From NCBI GenBank assembly GCA_963713605.1, contig CAVQMO010000010.1, positions 800,001-864,000 of the forward strand: a stretch of DNA of 64,000 nucleotides. The letters run 5' to 3'. Position 1 is the stretch's first letter. Each line of letters begins with the position of its first letter. The DNA comes from an uncultured Nitrososphaerales archaeon (GTDB lineage Archaea > Thermoproteota > Nitrososphaeria > Nitrososphaerales > Nitrososphaeraceae). Below, in pieces: positions 55,390 through 64,000 of the stretch. The notes beneath the pieces are model-generated. The model searched no databases, was not told where the DNA came from, and was given only the letters and a program-made list of their open reading frames with translations. The position numbers and the translations under genes are program-made.

Positions 55390-55921
55390 TTAGTTTATAG
55401 AGACTGCAACTGCAAGAATAACAAATTCTTCTTCATGTGCAAATCCCAGTATGAATGCAAAACTTGTTATCGACTTCAGGCTTTGTGTTTGTCGTTTCAT
55501 ATGAATATGTATATGTGAATGATGTCCTCCATCCTTATGCCAGTGAGTGTGTTCATGACTTACTTGGAGTGCAGTATCAAAGTTTTTTTCATTATGAAGG
55601 TGTCCATGCTGAGTTTGCTGCAAGTCTTCTCCTTTCTCGCGCCAAAACATATAGGCCAGTATCCCTAGTCCCATTGAGAGCATAACGCAAGTAGAGTTGT
55701 GGTATCTCTATCAAAGTGGTTAAAAACAGATATGCCGCAACAACTACAATCGAAGATACAAAATGAGCACCAGCTATTATAGACGAACTTGTAATGCCAG
55801 CAAGAAATGGCTTTCTGCTACGCATAGAATAAAGCGTCGCTACAGGCCAACCGTGTGAGGGATTTATCCCATGCAGAAGACCAAAGGCCATGATACCCGG
55901 TAGTACGGTGCTAAATGGCAA
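55390..55921 (-). pseudogene. His-rich nickel/cobalt transporter (NiCoT/RcnA-like), frameshifted and 3'-decayed
   Basis: GLLHGINPSHGW, HEHTHWH...HSHIHIH, LGFAHEEE. Confidence 0.7.
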
Positions 55922-55980
55922 CAGGTTACTTTGCCAGTCATTACATGTAAAAATCTTCCTATCCCTATCAAAAAGAAGCC

Positions 55981-56055
55981 TCGTTAGACAAGGAAGCAGC
56001 TAGTCATGATGGTGTCTTTGATGCATTTAGAATGTCACTTCAGTATTGGCATTAG
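55981..56055 (+). pseudogene. Second terminase-like C-terminal remnant
   Basis: SLDKEAASHDGVFDAFRMSLQYWH* aligns with the 53.5 kb remnant. Confidence 0.5.
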
Positions 56056-56085
56056 CGCATCATCATCACCAGCTGAAGAGGTGCC

Positions 56086-56370
56086 CTATTCGGGATGGTA
56101 GGTTCTGCGACCTTCGTCTGTCAGACCAAACTTGTTATCCTCATCCCTATAGATTTGCCCCTCGCCTAGGAACTGCTCTAAGACAATTCTTAGATACAGA
56201 TCCTGCCCCGATGCCTCTTCATTCTTCCAGATAGATTTTAACGGAAACGTAATAGGTTGCGCATTTTGACGCGCGACTTTATCAAGTTCGCACAGACTCG
56301 CCATAAAATATGCTCTATTGATACGATTGTCTCTTACTGGATCATCAACACTAAACCTATCATATGACAT
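56086..56370 (-). CDS. Hypothetical small protein, possibly winged-helix
   Basis: 94 aa ATG ORF ending G.I......LT.EG. Confidence 0.5.
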   Translation of the reverse strand: MSYDRFSVDDPVRDNRINRAYFMASLCELDKVARQNAQPITFPLKSIWKNEEASGQDLYLRIVLEQFLGEGQIYRDEDNKFGLTDEGRRTYHPE

Positions 56371-56819
56371 GTGTATTGATGATGAGCAACTTATTCCTCC
56401 GCTATATTACTTTCTTGTCCTCGAGCAGCTAAGATTTTAATTGTCATCGTAGTTTTCACGCATAACATTACAAATCTAGTCTGCAACTAGACGCCAAGCA
56501 TGGTATTCTACTTTCGCCTCTTGGTTGCTATTCCTGTCATTATCACTTTGCTGTATGAACCCTGTAAAGTTTGTACAATCCATTATGCTGTTACAGTAAA
56601 TGCAAATCCATCTCATAGGTAAAGTATGTACTACGCAGACATTCTTTATATAACGTTCATCTATAGTTCTGAAACAATAGTTTCAGTCAGGGATATTTGT
56701 TATGTTGGTTATGCATGAAACCAGGATGCCTGGCAGGCCCAATTAGATTGACTCTGCAGTTCTCGCATTAATCTGGTTATCAATTCATTCCTGCTACAGA
56801 TGAGGAATCTGTTAATAAT

Positions 56820-57100
56820 CTAAGGCATTTGTGAAGATAAAATGGTTAACTTCTTAAAGTCTCTGACTGGATCTGAAAGCCAGCCAAAAAGATCTTCCAG
56901 AACCTTTTGTTCCATTGGACCTCCAAGAATAGTCTTCCATTGAGATGAAGGATAGAACACATGGCCGAGGTCCGGATATGTTATCAATGTATGATCAGGA
57001 TGTCTTACTTCTGTCAGTTCCTGCTGTAGAAGAAATGCTTGCAGTACGGGGGTGTCTGAATCATTCTTTCCATTTTGTATTAAAATAGATGTATCGTATC
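56820..57100 (-). pseudogene. Alpha/beta hydrolase C-terminal fragment
   Basis: ILIQNGKNDSDTP...TLITYPDLGH.F. Confidence 0.65.
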
Positions 57101-57133
57101 ACTTTTCTTTTTTGATTCTATAAAATAGTAAGA

Positions 57134-57439
57134 CTACTTTTTCTTATCGTTATAATACGACCATAGGTCCTTCATGACTACGTTAAAGTTATCCTGTAGA
57201 CCATCTAGTCTTGGACCCAATCTTTTATCTTCAAGGTGAGTATCGATAACATGTCTGTATGAACTGTCAATCGCTTTTAGGTAAGCGTATACATATGACT
57301 CTAATGGTATATCCCTTGCTGAACTTTCACGTCTTTCACGCTCTTCTAACTCTTTGTACACTGTTTCACCTTTGTTGATTATGATTTCTTCTAGCGTTTC
57401 TTTTCCATTCGACATATTATGTCTAGATAAATTGGACAT
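57134..57439 (-). CDS. Hypothetical protein
   Basis: About 100 aa ATG ORF. Confidence 0.45.
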   Translation of the reverse strand: MSNLSRHNMSNGKETLEEIIINKGETVYKELEERERRESSARDIPLESYVYAYLKAIDSSYRHVIDTHLEDKRLGPRLDGLQDNFNVVMKDLWSYYNDKKK

Positions 57440-57685
57440 AGATATAAAATATCATGTACCCAGTAACCATTCTTGAGATCGAACAGTTAAAATTTAACTA
57501 TGCTCTCATGGAATACCAGCCTGGTCTATGCTCCTGTATCTCCCAATGACATAAAATGAATCATTGAGCTCTTCTTCCCCATCAGCATCCCCCTAATCAG
57601 CGTGCTAGTGCAGTAGGAGTAATAGTAGCTAAGCTAAGCTATAATCGCGGTCCAGTTTATATAGAATAACTAATCAACATTACGA

Positions 57686-57933
57686 ATGTCTTACAGTACG
57701 CGCAGGAGTCATGGCGGCTTTAATAAGGGCTCCCCTATTCAGAAGCCAATCGAAGTAGACATCAAGGTAAACAATACGAAGTAGACATCACAGAAATAAG
57801 TAGAAAGGGAGATGGCATAGCCAAGGTCCAAGGGTTCGTGGTATTTGTAGAAAATGGAAAAGTTGGAAATAAGATAAAGGTAGAGATAAAGGAAGTAGCC
57901 GATAGGTTCGCTAAAGCAACAATTGTGGTCTAA
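57686..57933 (+). pseudogene. Single-TRAM domain RNA-binding protein with an 8-nt insertion
   Basis: KPIEV[gacatcaa]GKQYEVDITEISRKGDGIAKVQGFVVFV...ADRFAKA. Confidence 0.8.
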
Positions 57934-58043
57934 GCTGTATACCGGAGTTACCTCCAACTCTTATGACAGTATTTAAATGTAGTTTGTGCGGAAAGCATTT
58001 TCAAAATCAAGATGACCCTACGTCATCAGCGTTTTGAGAGTGG

Positions 58044-58922
58044 TCAATAGAACAAAGAAGTATGAAGTTGATGTAAAATCTGGGAGGTACTGGTCGAAGA
58101 AATGAGATAATTAACTTTATCACTCTCCAAATCTATACTCTTAGACGGAGGAAAGACATTATCAAGACAGTTTCTAAGTTGCTGCGTGCACGCTTCTAGG
58201 CATTCACTAATCCCATCGCATTTAGGAGCTGCATTACTCCATTGTTCAATACATCCAATGATATTTGCTGAAAATTCGGTCATTTCATTCATGTACACGC
58301 TGGAAGAAATAATATAGTTGCTAATACTTGGAAAAGTTCTTCGACAGTATAATATAAAATAAAAAGTTGTCTTTAAAGAAGCATTAATGCTAATGCTAAA
58401 TACGATGTTTGAAAATAGGGGAGTCTTTTGGTCTTCTAGATTTAGTGCGTCGTTCGTAAGACAATGAACACTGTCAGTTAGTTGAGGTAAATCATTGCCG
58501 ACATATCTGAGAACGTTTGAGATGTGTTTCTCACCTAGAATTTTGTTATTTTTCAAACAATGAAATAGCTTCAAAAAAGACGGCAGAAAGGTTTTGATTT
58601 CGTCGTAAACAATAGCCAGTTCGTGAAGATCGTTCAAAGCCCAGAACTCCTCTAACAAGTTTTGGACTTCTGATGCTGACATATCTAATTCTATGACTAC
58701 GTCAACTGGTTTTTTGCCCGTTGAAAATAGGAACAAAGCTTGTGTATCTTTGGACTTATTTTTGACGTCTTTCGTTTTATCATTTTGACCATCTATTTTC
58801 CGTATGATTTTCCCAATATCTGTAAATGAAACATGTGCTGCATGAGCAATCTCACGAATGGCCTTACCTTCCCGATGAAGCTTAAGCTGCTCTTTATCTC
58901 GTCAGTTTAATACCACTTGCAA
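58044..58922 (-). pseudogene. Decayed HTH-containing Nitrososphaerales family gene
   Basis: LHREGKAIREIAHAAHVSFTDIGKII...SKDTQALFLF..GKKPVDV.IEL; in-frame stop near the start. Confidence 0.6.
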
Positions 58923-59261
58923 TAGGTATTATTGGTTATCATTACAGATAGCTTTTTCTGCCTGCTATCACTTGCTACTGTTTTGAGTCTGATACTACAG
59001 ATTAATATCAACTGTTATTTTGTACTGTCTTATATCCACGACGACTATTCATGTACACCATTCATGTACGCTATTAATGTACAATATGACTAACGGCTTA
59101 AAGAGATCTTCATTTATGTGGATTCATACTTATAACACTACTAGTTTAATCTCGTATCTCTTCTAGCGAATAGTACATAATGATAGTCTGATTCATAGTA
59201 TGTAGTCTCCTAGTAGAATATTTCAGTCAGTTAATATAGGCAAATTTACTATATATAATAG

Positions 59262-59489
59262 ATGTCCCAAATATTTGAAGATTGTATAAGATTATTCTAT
59301 ATTCGCTGCGAGGATGTAGGATTGGACTGTAATTGCATTATTTATGGAAACACGGAAGAGAAAGTCGCGAATCAGACATTCTTGCACATGTTCGAATATC
59401 ATGCAATAAATCAGGAGGAAATGACCACATGTATGAGATTGAAGATAAAAGAGAATATGCAGATACATTCTCATAATGATCAGCAGTAA
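59262..59489 (+). CDS. DUF1059-like small metal-binding protein
   Basis: C.DVG.DC....G.TEE.V.....H...H. Confidence 0.65.
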   Translation: MSQIFEDCIRLFYIRCEDVGLDCNCIIYGNTEEKVANQTFLHMFEYHAINQEEMTTCMRLKIKENMQIHSHNDQQ

Positions 59490-59902
59490 CGGCATTCAAT
59501 GTGGTCTGCAGGCCTATGGACAAGAGGCTCTAGAATTAAATAGAGCAGCTCTAGAAAATGTCTCATAAAAAATAACTCCGATAATTATTTTATCATAACT
59601 TTATAACCATCTTGTATGACGTTTGGCTTAGACAGGCTTTTAATAGGCCAGAGGTCCAGTCAAACATGACTTGCGTTCTGCCCAATACCGTGAAGTCGCC
59701 TCATTTAATCAAAAAGGTTGCAATCCCGGGGATATGGGTAGATTAAATATTTAGCATCCAGACATCATTGCTGTATTACATGAATGAATGATGAGCAGTT
59801 CTCATCTCTTATCCACCTATTGTGCAGGTTGTATTGCCTGCCTTGGTTGTGTTACAGCGTCTGCGTCTGTGTCGGATTCTAGCCAGATTCTAAATCTATC
59901 GA

Positions 59903-60340
59903 TTAAACCATTTGAGAATAAGTCAATCCATTGAAGGACTCGAACAATAGCTGATGTGAGATCGTAAATGTTCCACAATTTTCTTGGGGGCAAGTTTCAA
60001 TCCGAAAATCGCTATTAATGGAAATTGGACTTTGTAACCCTGTAATTAGAACAGTATAAGCATTATAGCGTCTTTTCGCCATCTCTAAAGCTCTTACGCT
60101 GAAGGTTTTGGTTCCTCGGTGTGAAAACACAACGACAATATCATTTGGAGAAACAAAGTATCTTGAGTTGACAAAGTCGTTGCTTTGTATTGCAGTGGCA
60201 TCCATTTGTACATGCTCTCTCCATAAGAATTCAGCGATTTTAGCAGCCCAGAAGCTGCTGCCAATCCCGATAAAGTAGATTCTTTTAAAGTCAAGGTCTG
60301 ATAATCCAGAAGGAAGTGGAATATCTATACCCTTCTCCAT
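59903..60340 (-). pseudogene. SIS (sugar isomerase, GlmS-like) domain, truncated
   Basis: GIGSSF.AA, SHRG.K, one SIS domain only. Confidence 0.65.
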
Positions 60341-60496
60341 TCAGAAGGTTGATTGAGGATATTAGTCTCATAAAGAAAAGCCATGGAGATTGATATGATT
60401 TATTGTCTTGGACGGTAATAAAATAAGCTTATGATATGGTACCAGTATTGATATGATAATGCTTAAAGGCTAGGAAATTTGTTTACTTTACAATCC

Positions 60497-60826
60497 ATGT
60501 CTATAGATGAAAGGTTAAATCAATTTCTGAAAAATGCTAGAGATTGGGAAAAGAAGGCTACTAACATACCCGGTTTATTTTTGCTTAAACTTCCTGGCTG
60601 GAGAGGCAACCCACCATCTATCGTTTTCGAGATAAATCCTGTTGATGCTTCTGGTTCACCCACAAAGAAAAGAGGAGTTGTTGTACGATCTGCTGCAGAA
60701 CTGGAATGGATCAAAGATATATTATCAAATCCCAAGACTGCTGAATTAGCAGAAAAGATGGACAAGGTAAATCCTCCGAAAAAAGAATCTCTATCCAGGA
60801 CCGGCACAGACATATTTGAAGTCTAA
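60497..60826 (+). CDS. Conserved hypothetical protein
   Basis: EINPVD..G.PTKKRG; start placed at MSIDE. Confidence 0.6.
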   Translation: MSIDERLNQFLKNARDWEKKATNIPGLFLLKLPGWRGNPPSIVFEINPVDASGSPTKKRGVVVRSAAELEWIKDILSNPKTAELAEKMDKVNPPKKESLSRTGTDIFEV

Positions 60827-61024
60827 GTGAGGATATTAGAACGAAGTATTAAAGAATACTCTTCTTGGATGTATATGTTATTATTAGTCATGAGTCATAC
60901 TCTCAACATATGCTTTCAAAACTTCTTTGTTGTATGACTTATTGTTTACGAAAGGTAAGTTCCTATAAACTAACTCATAAATACTTACTGATTATAATCG
61001 AAACTAACTAGGAAATAACTGATT

Positions 61025-61576
61025 ATGATATATAATTCCAAATTATTAATAGAATGCCTGAAGCTAGAGTGCTTACCATCACACAAACTCAATTTGTATT
61101 ATTCAACTTCTTCTAGCCTTGGACATAATAATCCATCTTTCACAGACAGGATAATTAGTAATACTGCAACCGCTGCTAAATCTTCTACGTCTGTCGATAC
61201 TAGTAACAAAAGGATTCTAATAGTTGATGATGAAGTGGATATCACATTATTCTTCAAGATAACTCTAGAACAAGCGGGTTTTATTGTAGATACATACAAT
61301 GATCCATTGAGATCCTTATCTAACTACAGGGCAGGAAAATATGATTTGCTATTGCTCGATATTAGAATGCCACATATGAATGGATTTGAATTATATGGAA
61401 AGATCAGACAAATTGATGATAAAACCAAGATATGTTTTATGACTGCATATGAAGAATACTACAACGAGTTCAAAAGAATATTTCCAGATTTACAGGAAGG
61501 AGAATGCTTTATTAGAAAACCAATAGGTATGGATGACCTGATTAAAACTGTGAAATCACATTTGAATTACGACTGA
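61025..61576 (+). CDS. Stand-alone response regulator receiver
   Basis: ILIVDDE, LLDIRMP.MNG, TA, RKP; true start probably downstream. Confidence 0.88.
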   Translation: MIYNSKLLIECLKLECLPSHKLNLYYSTSSSLGHNNPSFTDRIISNTATAAKSSTSVDTSNKRILIVDDEVDITLFFKITLEQAGFIVDTYNDPLRSLSNYRAGKYDLLLLDIRMPHMNGFELYGKIRQIDDKTKICFMTAYEEYYNEFKRIFPDLQEGECFIRKPIGMDDLIKTVKSHLNYD

Positions 61577-61863
61577 ATTACCACAGGAATAGATGACACA
61601 TACTCAAATAGCGAATCAACAGTTTTATCATATGCTTCCATATTTGAGAATCTCTGGATTCAATCAAAAATGATTAATGATAATATACTATCATAATACC
61701 TACTGACAAAACATTACCGAGGTATTAACGATCAAGTTTGGAAAGGAGTTTACCTTTCGTAATTGTTATGATAATAAATTTAATTCTTAGTATGGTATTG
61801 AATGTATACAAATAGTAACAGTAGTGTCCCTCGCATCCTACTAATTATTTACTAATTAAGCGT

Positions 61864-62232
61864 TCAATCTCCCTTATCAGCTCCTTTATTCCCAATAGGT
61901 TTACGAATGAATAACTCTTTGTCCAAGGCACAATAATCTCTAGTTCTAAACTCTTTATGGTAGAGTTCAGTTGCGGTAAGAAAACAAGTTTTAGCATTTG
62001 GATCTATTTCTTTTATTTTCCCATGTAATTCAAAGCCATTCATATCTGGCATTTTGATATCAAGCATAATCAAGTCATAATAATCTGGTTTGAAACTTGA
62101 CAATGCTCTTCTGGATTCATTATAAGTTTCAACTTCATATCCATAATATTCCAAAGACATTCTATAATACAAGGTAAGATCAGATTCATCATCTACTACC
62201 ATGATTCGTTTTCTTTTTACTTTATCATTCAT
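61864..62232 (-). CDS. Stand-alone response regulator receiver, last helix lost or frameshifted
   Basis: VVDDE, MLDIKMPDMNG, TA, RKP. Confidence 0.85.
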   Translation of the reverse strand: MNDKVKRKRIMVVDDESDLTLYYRMSLEYYGYEVETYNESRRALSSFKPDYYDLIMLDIKMPDMNGFELHGKIKEIDPNAKTCFLTATELYHKEFRTRDYCALDKELFIRKPIGNKGADKGD

Positions 62233-62539
62233 TAATTAAATAGGCAGCCGCCTTTTTTCTTCGATCCGATAGTCGTAGTTGTGATGTTTTTGACTGATTA
62301 TTTACTATAGTAAAATCTGAAATAACGATTAGGAAAGGGGAAGATAATAATAAGCATAGTGTCTGCTGTGGTTATAATAGTTTCCATATAGATTCCGATA
62401 ATTTAGAATTCTACATTTACCCTTCTAAATTATCGTTATGATTTATCATCTTGTGACCCTATTTTCTGCATAATGTTAGAGATATTCTTTAATTCTTCAA
62501 TTATCTATGGCTGTGTACTCATACTGATTGAATACGCAA

Positions 62540-62880
62540 GATAGAGAGATTGCAGATAGGATCTCCCACCATGTAACAATCACTTCATCTCCATCAGTGG
62601 CTGCAATTTCTGCATTAAACGAATCTGAATCATTAGTGTAATTTTATTCCCGAATATTGAACTACTATCCGCCGAAGCTCTGAAAAATACTTCTAAGTTA
62701 TTATTTGGCATGTTCTTATCTGTAGTCCATACGTTTTTTCCAGAGGTAGCAATTGGTGGAGCTTGCAGGAGGACACTATATGCATCGCCTACCTTTAATT
62801 ATTGAAATTGTAGGACTGTGATATGCCGATCAATTAAACTTAATAATACGAGCGTAGCTGTTGAAGTTCGGGGTAACTTC
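62540..62880 (-). pseudogene. Decayed sialidase/BNR-like secreted-protein fragment
   Basis: APPIATSGKNV...EVFFRAS.D....FGNKI read on the minus strand, with stops. Confidence 0.4.
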
Positions 62881-63768
62881 ACAATCTAATTTGAAACGAT
62901 CTTATAATAGCTCAACTCATATTGAAATTAGCGCCATACTGCGGAAACGAAAATACTGATAAACATGGTTAGTTCCCCATTGTAATAGTAAAGACTTTGG
63001 TTATTCGGTCGTCATAGATTTATTTATTTCTGTGTTTCAATCCATTCAAGCCAGTTATTATTGGAACTAACTCCATAATAAAAAGTTCCATTCCAACACA
63101 AGCCCCAATGAGGAGTACCAAACTACGTTTTCATTCTTCTCTCATTAGTAGCCCTCACCGCAAAACGCCGGACAAGCTGAAGCTGATGAGCTAGAGCTTA
63201 AAGTCGTAGACGTAAAGCTTGAGTCATCGCGCTGGCAAGTATATCTTTCTTTGCTCCGGTTTACCGTCTTTGCTGTTCGTTACCCATTCACATTCATTTA
63301 GGAATTCATTGATGTATACACTCTCCCTCTCCTACTGCGACTTCACCTGGAGAGAACTGCATTTTTACAAAGAAGCTCTCTGACATATCGCTTTCAGATG
63401 TAACGGTGGATCATTTGGAGCTGTTTCCCAATTTCTCATCCACTCAAAAGCACGAGACGTCATTTCTTCTTTCTTATTCTGGCAATAGGAGCGTGGGTAA
63501 CAGTAAGAAAACAAAATAACCGAAAATAAGAACACTTAATGCTGTACCGGCATAGCCTACCCTTTTCAAAGCTTTTTCATGTTCCATACCCTATATATAG
63601 ACACATAGTTACATATAGATCCCTGTTTATGGTCGTATATAGTCCAAATATTATGGTTGTTATCGCAACTGAGTCTCACATGCATAGAACATAGTGGGTT
63701 CAAGTTGTATTGAACAGATCTCCTCGTGGATCATTGAAAACACTTTAAAGTCTTGCCAGTTAAACGTT

Positions 63769-63790
63769 TTGGGCCCACTTTAAAGTGGGT
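63769..63790 (+). repeat. attR, 22-bp direct repeat
   Basis: Identical to 50640-50661. Confidence 0.9.
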
Positions 63791-63792
63791 CC

Positions 63793-63903
63793 GAAGAGAT
63801 TGGAACAATTAAGCAACAAATGAATGAGCTGATGATAATGATCCAACAGAATCCAAGATTGACAAATATAAAACCAGAGATATTGATTGATAAAAGTCAA
63901 TAG
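63793..63903 (+). pseudogene. C-terminal remnant of a paralogous integrase
   Basis: EEIGTIKQQMNELMIMIQQNPRLTNIKPEILIDKSQ* versus integrase tail EEIGDIKQQMNQLMFMVQRNPRLANIKPEVLIDRSSI*. Confidence 0.8.
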
Positions 63904-64000
63904 TTTCGGTTACTATCGAAATATGTTATATGACAAATCGATCTTCCTTTTCAATGAATTGCTTGACATGTGTGACTTTAACTATAATTCGTTTTATGGT

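Larger units (their letters stand above)
50640..63790. mobile_element. ~13.1 kb tRNA-Ile2-integrated element (genomic island or decayed provirus)
   Basis: Integrase next to the tRNA, exact 22-bp terminal direct repeats, fragmented accessory cargo. Confidence 0.85.

Noticed and set aside
50690..63903. SSV-type split integrase (intN/intC at the two ends)
   Set aside because: The left integrase is complete with its own C-terminus, and the right piece is a diverged duplicate of that tail, not the missing half.
49000..64000. CRISPR array or defence system
   Set aside because: No repeat-spacer periodicity and no recognisable cas, RM or other defence proteins.

Overview
Archaeal DNA, almost certainly an ammonia-oxidising Nitrososphaerota (Nitrososphaeraceae-like) chromosome. 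About 1-49 kb is core genome: nucleotide-sugar dehydrogenase, mtnA, priS/priL, glyS, FNR, a GDGT-ring-synthase-like radical SAM, the rpoN-eno-rps2-MEMO1-mvk-ipk-fni-GGPPS-gltX operon, a geranylgeranyl reductase, an 11-subunit complex I operon (nuoABCDHIJKMLN), a CADD/PqqC-like protein and four tRNAs (Ala-GGC, Leu-GAG, intron-containing Glu-UUC, Ile2-CAU). Many essential genes carry single-base indels, most likely long-read assembly errors. A ~13.1 kb integrated element runs from the 3' end of tRNA-Ile2 (50.64 kb) to 63.79 kb. It has a tyrosine integrase and is bounded by an exact 22-bp direct repeat built as 11-bp arms around a self-complementary TTTAAA spacer. Its inner flanks are also inverted repeats, so the reconstructed attP is a 44-bp near-palindrome. 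The cargo is largely decayed: two terminase-like tails, a ynfA pair, a Ni/Co transporter, TRAM, SIS and receiver domains. A remnant of a paralogous integrase follows attR. All family calls come from remembered motifs; no database search was run.
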